A DNA stretch of 64,000 bases, from positions 1 to 64,000 of the IMG/VR virus record IMGVR_UViG_3300033148_006102. One strand, written 5' to 3'. This DNA comes from a virus. Of this stretch, positions 1 to 8,463 are shown one piece after another. Position numbers and translations under genes: made by a program. Below the pieces are notes generated by a model. The model did no database searches. It saw nothing but the letters and a program-made list of their open reading frames with translations, and was not told the origin of the DNA. The stretch's first letter is position 1. The number at the start of each line of letters is the position of its first letter.

Positions 1-1
1 G

Positions 2-106
2 AGTGAAGCTGCAGGTAATATACTGATGGTCGCGACGTTTTCTTTGCAGCGGATCTTGGAAGTGTGCATGTTGAAGGACGTGGAAAACCCTTTCGAAATC
101 CGCTAG
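2..106 (+). CDS. 3' end of tail assembly chaperone (G-like), partial
   Basis: Open frame from window start (SEAAGNILMVATFSLQRILEVCMLKDVENPFEIR*), ending just after a slippery site and upstream of the tape measure gene. Confidence 0.65.
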   Translation, partial: SEAAGNILMVATFSLQRILEVCMLKDVENPFEIR

Positions 107-447
107 CGTGGCATCGGAGCACGCTATATCAGCGCGGATTTTACTCCGATTACGCGACAGAAGTTGAAACAGCTGAGATGGTTTATGCTGAGCAGGTCGT
201 ATTGGCACATGAGCAGCGGGCCACTATGCTGGATCTTGTGAAAGCTTCAGCACAAATAGCCGCATCTGCACGGGATCCGAAGTTGGTACGACCATTGATC
301 AATAAGCTGTTTGATATGTTTGAGCCAGGCAAGGAAGAGCAACTGGCGAAGAAGAGTGCGCAGGAAGATAAGGAACTGAGAGAGCTTGCGCGTAGAACGT
401 TCAAGGTAAGTCTTGGTGGTTCAACCTCGGTACTGAAGGTAACGTAA
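64..447 (+). CDS. Tail assembly chaperone GT-like extension (-1 frame)
   Basis: Frame open 19-447 without a good RBS/start; directly precedes the tape measure gene. Confidence 0.65.
   Translation: MHVEGRGKPFRNPLAWHRSTLYQRGFYSDYATEVETAEMVYAEQVVLAHEQRATMLDLVKASAQIAASARDPKLVRPLINKLFDMFEPGKEEQLAKKSAQEDKELRELARRTFKVSLGGSTSVLKVT
85..94 (+). other. Overlapping -1 slippery heptamers A AAC CCT and C CCT TTC
   Basis: AAACCCTTTC; both heptamers fit X XXY YYZ in the upstream ORF frame; the -1 frame stays open to 447. Confidence 0.75.
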
Positions 448-448
448 T

Positions 449-3166
449 ATGGAATACGCCGAATTTAGAGAGCAGGTCAATCGGTCGGTGGATAACGCAC
501 GCCGATTTGCTCTCGAGTCACAGATGATGGCGCGTTCACAGACGTCACTGGCCGCGGTGCCAATGACGTCTGGTTCATTGCCGATGGTTGCGCCTGCACA
601 GCCGTTTGTATCGCCGCAAATGGCGATGCAGATGCAGCAGTTCATGATGCAGCCACGTGATATGTTTGCTGGTATCGGTGGCGGACGTATGAATACGCTG
701 CAGATGCTTGGCGCGTGGGCTGGTATGGACGTACGTGCGCAAGGATTCTCGCAGGCAGAAATATCAGCATATGCTGGGGATATTCTCGGTTCCAATCTTC
801 GACAGGCTGGTTACACCGGCATTCGTCAGATGTTGACTCAAGGTCCCATGTTGGCCGGTGGCGCGACCATGATGATGGCCGGCGGACCTGTTGGTGTTGG
901 GATCGGCGCAGGCCTTATGGCAGGTGGATTGGCTATGCCAGGGTTTATGCGTTGGAGCGGCTTAGACTACTTACTATCACAAGAATCATTGGCTCAAGGG
1001 ATGCATCAAGCTATCCGTGATCGTACGGCTGGTGTACAGGGCGACTATGGTTTTGGTGATGGTAGTGTGTTGATGCGAACAGTAGCCAGCGTTCGGCAAG
1101 CGGCGACAAGCGATGAAGTGCAGCGGTTTATTCGTGGCCGTCAAGGTGGTTTCTTCGGGATCGATGCTGAAGAATTCGGCAGATTGCAGCGGGCGGCAAC
1201 CTATACGATGTCGGATATCGACATTGACAAGATGGTACAAGGAGGCGGCAAGGCGGTTGTCGAGGGCATGGAGGCCATGCTGAATGCCGCAAACAATCTG
1301 AACGTCTCATTTGAAGAGATTGAGCGTATTGCGCAACAGATAGGTCAGATCGGTGGTCCCGCGCGCTTTGAACGTATTACGCAGGCCGCACGACTGCTAC
1401 GCGCACAAACAGGTTTGATGCGTTCTGTATCAACTGAGCTCTTTGCTGAAGGGGTAGGTATTGGGCGTACGACCGGTTTCGGTGGGGAAGAGACTGGTAT
1501 GGCGATGATGACTATGGCCGCACAAGTCAAGCGTCAATACGATCAAGGTCTAATCGGCATGAACCAGATGTTCGCCTTTGGCGGCCGCAATGAATCAGAA
1601 GCGGCAGCGGCCACAGCTCGAGCAATGATGCAGGCGAATGTTGCAGGTGCGCAGTCTCCGCTGGGCAGACTGTTGCTATTGAATCAAGCAAATGGAATGG
1701 GCGCCGGCGGCACCATGCTGCAACAGATGGCAGGCGGAGCCGGAGTATTAGCACGTGATCCGTATGCGATGGTACTGGCGCAAATGGATGAATCCGCATT
1801 GCGTTTGGCTGGACCGACAATGGCGTTTGACATCATGAATATGATGGAAACAATGCCGAGTCCGTTTATGGATGAACGCGCACAACGAGCTCGCTTTGGT
1901 ATGTACGCCACGCGTTTCGGCCTAGCACCTGACTTGCGGCGAGCGGGTATCATGTATGAAAACTTGCAACGTACGCGTTCGCATGTGGCTGAATTGTTGC
2001 CGAATGCGTCTGCAGAGCAAGTACGTCGGGTATCGCGTATAGCTGCAGCAACGCCGGAAGCTATGGGTTTGAGCGGGGCTAGGTTGACTCGCTTCGCCGA
2101 TTTGGTCACACAAGGTATGGATCCGGCAGTTGCTATGTTTGCGACAGATCCGTTTACGCCGTCTGGTATGCGCAGCGAGAGTGTACAGGGAATGGCCGGT
2201 TTTAAGGCGCGATTTGCTAAATCAGCGTGGATAGCGGGTGTTAGCCAAAACGGTCTTTCGGCATATATACCGGAGTCGGGTGAATGGACAAGTGTGGCAG
2301 GCGGAAGAGCGATCGGTTTGCCAGGGCTTTTTGGATTAAAAGGGGAGGCGTGGTACGAGAAGCTCGGCTCAGGGTTTAATCCTTTTGATCCAGGGGCCAT
2401 GATGGTATGGGAAGGCGGCTTCGAGGATATTTTGACTACGCCCGAACTTCAGCAGATGTTCGCAGAAGAAGCAATGAAGTTTAACGTGAGGGCACGAACG
2501 GCGGAAGGTGGTTATGAGACTGATACATTTGTAGGCCCAGGTGGCGGTGCGATAGAAAGCGCGGAAAATCTGCTGTACTATCTGAAACGCGGGAAAGTGG
2601 AGATGAATTTGGGTGGGTCTGGTTCACGCGATGAAGTGACGATGAAGATTCTTGGTCGCGTAAATGCCCGCCTGAAGCGTAGCGCCATGATGGAAGGGAT
2701 GGCGCAAGGCGTATCGGACATCGAAGGCAAGTTTGGTACCTTTGGCACGAGAATCTTAAAAGAACGCTTTGGCTTGGATACACAGGGCGCCACGCTGGAA
2801 AACCTTATGAGCCAGCTGGGCGGCTCCCAGGTACAAACTGCGTTTATGGAGCAGCTTAATCGTGGCGCGTTCAGGCCTAGTACGCTCAATCAAATGCGTA
2901 TGGCGATGCAGGCGTTTGATAAAGAGTTGATGGAGTCCATGCAGGTTGATTCGAATGGCGATGGTAAGGTCTCCGATCGCGAGTTGACGACGTACTTGAA
3001 AGGTAATATTACCAGTGATGCTTCGCGCATGGCTATGTTCGCAGGAATGGCATCGGTAGTGAATCGCGAGGCAGAGTTAGCACAACAACGTGTGGGTTTG
3101 AATGTCGATAAGATTGCTAACTGGCAGGACCCGGTAACGAAGCGAATAGCAGTAACCGTGCAATAA
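449..3166 (+). CDS. Tail tape measure protein
   Basis: 905 aa, A/G/M/Q-rich and helical, hydrophobic Gly-rich stretch near the N-terminus, follows the chaperone frameshift. Confidence 0.75.
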   Translation: MEYAEFREQVNRSVDNARRFALESQMMARSQTSLAAVPMTSGSLPMVAPAQPFVSPQMAMQMQQFMMQPRDMFAGIGGGRMNTLQMLGAWAGMDVRAQGFSQAEISAYAGDILGSNLRQAGYTGIRQMLTQGPMLAGGATMMMAGGPVGVGIGAGLMAGGLAMPGFMRWSGLDYLLSQESLAQGMHQAIRDRTAGVQGDYGFGDGSVLMRTVASVRQAATSDEVQRFIRGRQGGFFGIDAEEFGRLQRAATYTMSDIDIDKMVQGGGKAVVEGMEAMLNAANNLNVSFEEIERIAQQIGQIGGPARFERITQAARLLRAQTGLMRSVSTELFAEGVGIGRTTGFGGEETGMAMMTMAAQVKRQYDQGLIGMNQMFAFGGRNESEAAAATARAMMQANVAGAQSPLGRLLLLNQANGMGAGGTMLQQMAGGAGVLARDPYAMVLAQMDESALRLAGPTMAFDIMNMMETMPSPFMDERAQRARFGMYATRFGLAPDLRRAGIMYENLQRTRSHVAELLPNASAEQVRRVSRIAAATPEAMGLSGARLTRFADLVTQGMDPAVAMFATDPFTPSGMRSESVQGMAGFKARFAKSAWIAGVSQNGLSAYIPESGEWTSVAGGRAIGLPGLFGLKGEAWYEKLGSGFNPFDPGAMMVWEGGFEDILTTPELQQMFAEEAMKFNVRARTAEGGYETDTFVGPGGGAIESAENLLYYLKRGKVEMNLGGSGSRDEVTMKILGRVNARLKRSAMMEGMAQGVSDIEGKFGTFGTRILKERFGLDTQGATLENLMSQLGGSQVQTAFMEQLNRGAFRPSTLNQMRMAMQAFDKELMESMQVDSNGDGKVSDRELTTYLKGNITSDASRMAMFAGMASVVNREAELAQQRVGLNVDKIANWQDPVTKRIAVTVQ

Positions 3167-3175
3167 GGATAAGGC

Positions 3176-3742
3176 ATGGAATCACCAATACTTGACGGCT
3201 TTCACAGATTTTATCAAGCATATGAGCAGGGTTTGGCAGATCCAGCTAGCGCAGATCTATCCGCATTTTCGGAGCCTGATCCATTGCACGCGCTTACGTC
3301 AGAATCGGTGAACACACGTTACGCGGAAGTTTCGGAAGCGGATGCACGTATTGAAGAGGTCACTCCATTGGCACGCGGCGCCTTCATTGACTTTTGGAGT
3401 GTGTCCAATGCGCAGGCGTTGTTTCAGAACAGGCTGGCGCGTATGGGCATGGCGCGAGAATACGTACCGAGTTACGTGACTCTGGAGCGTGAGATCTTTA
3501 CAACGCTTAACCCAGACCTTAACGCAATTGCTTCACGATTAGCTGGTATTTACAGCCGGAGCTCGGCTAGCTTACAAGAGTTGGCTGCGGCCGCGGCGCT
3601 TGCACTGGTGTCGACGGAAAGCGATCACGTTCCGAACGACTTGCGCGCGCCGACTGGTGTGGAGTTTGATACACCCAGTGCATCACGTTTACGCGCTTTC
3701 AAATTTTACATTAGCGATCTGCTTGGTCTGACGGTAATCTGA
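3176..3742 (+). CDS. Hypothetical protein, probably tail-associated
   Basis: 188 aa ORF with RBS, in the tail operon. Confidence 0.6.
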   Translation: MESPILDGFHRFYQAYEQGLADPASADLSAFSEPDPLHALTSESVNTRYAEVSEADARIEEVTPLARGAFIDFWSVSNAQALFQNRLARMGMAREYVPSYVTLEREIFTTLNPDLNAIASRLAGIYSRSSASLQELAAAAALALVSTESDHVPNDLRAPTGVEFDTPSASRLRAFKFYISDLLGLTVI

Positions 3743-3769
3743 TCCCTCCTTGTGAGAATGGAGGGTCCA

Positions 3770-4162
3770 ATGAAATTATTGTCAGTGCTTTTTGTCGCAC
3801 TTCTAGCTGTGGGCTGCGGAGCCACACAGGAAACCAAAGATCTTAGTCACGAAATTCTTTCACCTGGCGGTTACGTCGATCAGCGCATGGCGGTCGACGA
3901 CAAGATCATTACAACGTACCGGGATTTGCTCGAGGCCAATAAAGAGAGCGTGCCAACACTGAAGTTGGCGGACGGCCGAGAAGTACCAACGCAAGATGTG
4001 ATCGACGCGCTCGATACTATCTTGACGACAACCCCGGCAATTCTTGAGGGCACGCATGCTGTTGACGCGTATACCCAGGCGGGAACGAACGTCGGGGATC
4101 TCGCGAAGGATATCATGGGTGATATCGACATTCTGTCCTCTGTGGGGAGCCTATTCAAATAG
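3770..4162 (+). CDS. Lipoprotein (possible outer spanin-like)
   Basis: MKLLSVLFVALLAVGC signal peptide with lipobox; RBS GGAGG. Confidence 0.6.
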   Translation: MKLLSVLFVALLAVGCGATQETKDLSHEILSPGGYVDQRMAVDDKIITTYRDLLEANKESVPTLKLADGREVPTQDVIDALDTILTTTPAILEGTHAVDAYTQAGTNVGDLAKDIMGDIDILSSVGSLFK

Positions 4163-4170
4163 GAGAGACC

Positions 4171-4653
4171 ATGACATTGCTTACGTTCGATTGGGGCACC
4201 TTTGCAATAGGTGCTGTGCCGGCCGTTGTGGCTTTGGTCGGTGCCGTCATCGCCATTATTAAAGCCATTAAAGGTGGGAAGAAGTGGTATCAAGCCACAC
4301 TCGATGAGAAGGACAAGTTCATCGAGATTTACAAGCAGATCAGTGCTGCGATCAAGTCGGCGAAGAAAGCCAGTGACAGTGGTCAGGTGGCGCATAAACT
4401 GTTGTTGGAAAATGTGGACGAGAAGATTCTTGGCAAGCTCGACACTGAAACCAAGAAACAGCTGGATATTGCTGCCGCGCCCATTCAGGATATTGTGAAT
4501 GAAGAGTTGGCCAAGAATGGCGTGCAGGATGACGATAAGCTGAAGGTATTGGTGAATGCAGTCAACAGCGGCGCATCGGCGAACGAAGCGTGGAAGAAGT
4601 GGGTTGAGGTAGGCGGTACTGTCGCGACTACTGCTGTTAAAGTAGCCCTTTAA
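4171..4653 (+). CDS. Membrane protein with one N-terminal TM helix (holin/inner spanin-like)
   Basis: FAIGAVPAVVALVGAVIAIIK helix followed by a charged helical domain. Confidence 0.5.
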   Translation: MTLLTFDWGTFAIGAVPAVVALVGAVIAIIKAIKGGKKWYQATLDEKDKFIEIYKQISAAIKSAKKASDSGQVAHKLLLENVDEKILGKLDTETKKQLDIAAAPIQDIVNEELAKNGVQDDDKLKVLVNAVNSGASANEAWKKWVEVGGTVATTAVKVAL

Positions 4654-4676
4654 TTGGGACTATGTCAAAATACCAG
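4654..4676 (+). repeat. 23-bp dyad site, copy 1
   Basis: TTGGGACT-ATGTCAA-AATACCAG immediately after a TAA stop. Confidence 0.8.
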
Positions 4677-4707
4677 AAACGCGCTCTTGCATGGGGCGCG
4701 TTTCTTC
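4676..4707 (+). terminator. Probable intrinsic terminator
   Basis: Stem GAAACGCGCTC/GGGCGCGTTTC with 7-nt loop and a short T-rich tail. Confidence 0.55.
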
Positions 4708-4732
4708 GTATCATCTTTCGCGGAGCTGCGAC

Positions 4733-5290
4733 ATGCCAGAAAACATTGATCCGCAATATCTTGCGTTCGTACAGGAACGTTTTGTAGCCCTTGAGAGCAC
4801 ATGGGAACTGCTGTGTGCTCACAAGATCATACCAACTGAAAAGGGCGCACGGTTGGAGCGATGTAAGCTGGCATCATCGATAGCGTACCGACAGTTGGTG
4901 GAAACAGCGGAAGCGGTAGAACTTGAACCGCTTTGGGTAGATCCCGGTTCGATCGAAGAACAGGATGGTACGCTGGTATTGAAGCCAGGTATCCTCGATC
5001 GACCGGAAGGGCGATGGCTACTTGAAGTTGGTAATGCACGATTGGGTATTTGGTTTGCATACCAGCGCAGAGCATTTGATCACGAAAATCTTCAGAAGAT
5101 TACGCTAATCGGATTGCACTTTGCGCAGAAGGCGTTGGAAGTACCGACGTCTGTGTTACAGATCGTGCAGAAGGTGATGGGATACACAGACCAAGCTGAG
5201 CTCAAGGGCGGTACGGCTATGCGAGGATACTACTATCTTGAAGAGAACCAGAACGCAAACGCATTGAGGATCAGAGTCCAAGGATCATGA
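4733..5290 (+). CDS. Hypothetical protein
   Basis: ATG with GGAG RBS inside the tracked ORF 4691-5290. Confidence 0.6.
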   Translation: MPENIDPQYLAFVQERFVALESTWELLCAHKIIPTEKGARLERCKLASSIAYRQLVETAEAVELEPLWVDPGSIEEQDGTLVLKPGILDRPEGRWLLEVGNARLGIWFAYQRRAFDHENLQKITLIGLHFAQKALEVPTSVLQIVQKVMGYTDQAELKGGTAMRGYYYLEENQNANALRIRVQGS

Positions 5291-5577
5291 AAAGACAGCG
5301 CGTTAAAATTTACGCAAGCAGTACCAAGGGCAGTCCGTACGTACCGGCTGTCCGATATGGAATCCAGACCGACAAAGGTGGTGTAGCTATTGTCGTGAAT
5401 GAACGCGACGACAGCTTCTTCTTGTACGAGGTGGACCGTAAAGAGGGTATGGTACACTCCGTGAGATTGACACCGGAGGTCATTACTGCTTTACTAACAG
5501 GCACTGGTGAAAAACCACAGCCTGTTACAGTTCCGATTCAGGAACTGAACTTGCCAGCGTTTCCGTGGGAGCAATGA
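5287..5577 (+). CDS. Hypothetical protein
   Basis: ATGA overlaps at both ends. Confidence 0.6.
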   Translation: MKRQRVKIYASSTKGSPYVPAVRYGIQTDKGGVAIVVNERDDSFFLYEVDRKEGMVHSVRLTPEVITALLTGTGEKPQPVTVPIQELNLPAFPWEQ

Positions 5578-6188
5578 TGGAGAAGGAATTAGCTGACTTT
5601 GTAGAAAAGCGTATAGCCGCAACTGTAATGGGCAACGGCACAGTACGTATGGAGCAGCTATTGCAGTTGCATGACCATTTACCTCGCGGTTATGGCATCA
5701 TGCGGCCGGTGGCGTTTGGAGATTATCCGCACCAAGAACAGCAGATGCCCCTGATTCATTGTTGTGAGTTTTACTACACCACAGGTGTTCATGACGAGCT
5801 CGAAGCGCACATTTGGTACAGCGACGAGTATCGTGACGGATTCCATCGTGTGATGCGGATATGGTTACCGCAGTGGATACGAAATGGCCGTTCGACACTG
5901 GGTGCGCTCATGCCGTACATGAACATGGAATTGGAAATGATGCAGCCGCGTCCTTTCATTGAAATGTTTCAGAACGGTTTGGATGAGTATACGCGCATGT
6001 ATGGTAATGACGCCGTTGCTATGCAGGTTGTGGCGAAGCATTGGCAAAACAAGTATACGGAAGACGAATTGGAGTCATTCCGCGATTCTTCAAGAAACCC
6101 ACCTTCGCTGATATGGTCGGTTAAAGCGGGTTTGGATACGCTGGCGAAGGCGGCACAGGCCCCACCCAAGGAGACTCAGAATGAATGA
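5574..6188 (+). CDS. Hypothetical protein
   Basis: Translationally coupled ORF. Confidence 0.6.
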   Translation: MMEKELADFVEKRIAATVMGNGTVRMEQLLQLHDHLPRGYGIMRPVAFGDYPHQEQQMPLIHCCEFYYTTGVHDELEAHIWYSDEYRDGFHRVMRIWLPQWIRNGRSTLGALMPYMNMELEMMQPRPFIEMFQNGLDEYTRMYGNDAVAMQVVAKHWQNKYTEDELESFRDSSRNPPSLIWSVKAGLDTLAKAAQAPPKETQNE

Positions 6189-6816
6189 GATTATCGATCC
6201 CGATACCTCGCTGAAGATATATGTTCTGCCAGAAGATTTCGAGCCCGGTAAGCAGGATTTATCGCAAGACATGGTGATTGGCACGCTGTTTACGCAGGTA
6301 TCATTGAAAGGGCCGCAACGCACGTATGGGAATCATTACGTTCTGCGCTGCACGCCCGAAAACACGGAGCAAGTGATTGGGCGCGCATCGTTTGCACCGT
6401 GGCTCAAGGAGCGCAAGAAAGTCGCCATCTTCATGATGAACGATGATTTGGCGATGTATGGCTACCTTGTAGCGACTCCGATGATGGGCGAGCAGGCCAC
6501 AACCTTCGGCGCCTACGATGTCCACAACATCATGTTGTTTACGGAACATGAAAAGGAAGAGGCCGAGAATGCTGCGAAGCGAGCTGCGCCTCCGACAATT
6601 CAGCCTGGTACCGGTCAGCCGGTTATCAAGGAACCGGCAGCAACAGTGGCGGAGGAAACGGACGATCGCAAGAAGGCCTTGAAGCTGTCGTCGCTGACCA
6701 AGCTCAAGGCTATGGCGTTTGACATGAAGATCCAGATCCCCGCGGACATCAGTAAGGATGACCTGATCGACCGCATCATCGAGGTCGAGAAAGAGGACGC
6801 TGTTAAGGCTTCATAA
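6181..6816 (+). CDS. Hypothetical protein with C-terminal Rho-N/HeH-like helical domain
   Basis: C-terminal LSSLTKLKAMAFDMKIQIPADISKDDLIDRIIE. Confidence 0.5.
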   Translation: MNEIIDPDTSLKIYVLPEDFEPGKQDLSQDMVIGTLFTQVSLKGPQRTYGNHYVLRCTPENTEQVIGRASFAPWLKERKKVAIFMMNDDLAMYGYLVATPMMGEQATTFGAYDVHNIMLFTEHEKEEAENAAKRAAPPTIQPGTGQPVIKEPAATVAEETDDRKKALKLSSLTKLKAMAFDMKIQIPADISKDDLIDRIIEVEKEDAVKAS

Positions 6817-6853
6817 CCTGTCCGCGCGCCAGTGACGTATCTATACTGGTAGT

Positions 6854-7657
6854 ATGGCAGGGCAGACCACATTAGGGCGCATTGCGCAGTTGAAAGAAGC
6901 CGGAGCCGCAAATGACCAGCGGTTGGGTGGTCTAGGTATTTATGACCTTCCATGGTTTCGCTTTCGCCGCTTTACAGATAAGGTCGCCGAGCTCGAAGGG
7001 CCAGCTGTTATAGTCGCATACCGGCCAGCACAAACAGAGGATCCAACACAGCTCGCAGAAGTACATGAGCTTACGCGAGACCAAATCGTGTGTGTCTTTG
7101 ACGCGTTTGTGGTAATGGGTTTCCAACGTTCAGACACAGAAAATACGGAGATCCGTCATACTTTTGGTGCGTCAAAGATCATGGCGATGAACAGAATGCC
7201 ACGATCTTATAGCTTCACGTTTCAAGTGGAATTATCCGATAACCAGCCCAATTTACGGGGTACTGTTGAGAATAACCAATTTGGCTATCCAGCTCACGGT
7301 GTGAAGGCGTGGATGCACGCGTACGATAAGTACTTTCGTGCAGCACGTTTGGGAGCGGCGCGTAATGAAGATAAGCTGGTGTTAGCAGTTTACATTCGTG
7401 ACCGCATTATTCATGGTGCCTTTGTATCGACTACTGTAACTGTCGGTGCTGATCAGCCACAAATGGGCATATGTAGCGGACTGCTGCATGTGACTTCGGA
7501 TACACGTAATTTGCGCGGTGCTCAACCTGGAGCAAGTCTGGGTACGCCTCCGTTACCGTGGTCAAGTCGTGAGCTTCGGCTCGCTTGGCGTGAGGCCACA
7601 GAGGAGGCGCGAGAAATTGCGAATGACGTGCGTCGAGCGTTGCACGGAATAAGATAA
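6854..7657 (+). CDS. Baseplate/tail-tube-related protein (paralogue A)
   Basis: ENTEIRHTFG...NRMPRSYSFTFQV pattern; position upstream of the hub gene. Confidence 0.45.
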   Translation: MAGQTTLGRIAQLKEAGAANDQRLGGLGIYDLPWFRFRRFTDKVAELEGPAVIVAYRPAQTEDPTQLAEVHELTRDQIVCVFDAFVVMGFQRSDTENTEIRHTFGASKIMAMNRMPRSYSFTFQVELSDNQPNLRGTVENNQFGYPAHGVKAWMHAYDKYFRAARLGAARNEDKLVLAVYIRDRIIHGAFVSTTVTVGADQPQMGICSGLLHVTSDTRNLRGAQPGASLGTPPLPWSSRELRLAWREATEEAREIANDVRRALHGIR

Positions 7658-8463
7658 TGGCGAATGCGAATTCCATCGGCGGTAGTCGTCGGCAGCTACT
7701 GCAGCTGGCTGGCCTTCCACGTCGGCGTGACCTTTTCAAAGACAGTATCACGATCACGAACCAAGTGGATCAGATGGTGGCGACATTCTCGTTGTATGAC
7801 GACGAGGATTTGTTAAACCCTATTTTGGAGTTCGATAACATCATTGTCGGAGAGATCCAGATTACCGAGGTTGAGCGGGTTCAGAAGGTGCCTTTATTTC
7901 GCCGACAGAGTCAACTGTATGCATACGGTCGAGATGTGCGCGCTATTTCATTGAATGGCGTGGCTATAGATGCAGAGGATCTACCGGAAGAAGATGGAAC
8001 AGGGACGCGCAACCAAATAACGATGATTGAGCTGGCACATTGGAAATATTTTCGAACACCGAAATTAGCACAACAGAAGCGTACGCTCTTCTTGTCGGTT
8101 GCGGGGATGACGTTCAGCGTTGGAGCGATTGAACTAGGCCGCGGTAGTACTGCAGATGCGCCGACCATTGATGTCGTTCAATGGCGGTTCTTGATTTTGA
8201 ATGATTTGTCGAACTATGAACGACTGCTTTCGGTAGTAAGTTCGACGAACGCGGTTGATCCGCTCAGCACCTTGGACAGAGATGCTGGACTAGCTGCGCG
8301 AAACAGACGACGTACGCAGGGCGGCGGTGGCGTATCTGTGCTGGTAGAGAAAGTAAATGGGCCGCCAGTAGGACGACGTCGCTGGGAACACGCAGTATCG
8401 CAAGAAGGTCTAATAGAAGTGTTGCCGCAATTAGCAGAGGGTACGGAGGATGAGGCAGCGTGA
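7657..8463 (+). CDS. Baseplate/tail-tube-related protein (paralogue B)
   Basis: ERVQKVPLF...YGRDVRAISLNGV parallels the motif in the preceding gene. Confidence 0.45.
   Translation: MANANSIGGSRRQLLQLAGLPRRRDLFKDSITITNQVDQMVATFSLYDDEDLLNPILEFDNIIVGEIQITEVERVQKVPLFRRQSQLYAYGRDVRAISLNGVAIDAEDLPEEDGTGTRNQITMIELAHWKYFRTPKLAQQKRTLFLSVAGMTFSVGAIELGRGSTADAPTIDVVQWRFLILNDLSNYERLLSVVSSTNAVDPLSTLDRDAGLAARNRRRTQGGGGVSVLVEKVNGPPVGRRRWEHAVSQEGLIEVLPQLAEGTEDEAA

Noticed and set aside
4662-4787. ORF MSKYQKRAL... resembling MAKSQERAL at 37460
   Set aside because: Similarity is explained by the shared dyad plus the terminator stem; the ORF overlaps the next gene and has no RBS
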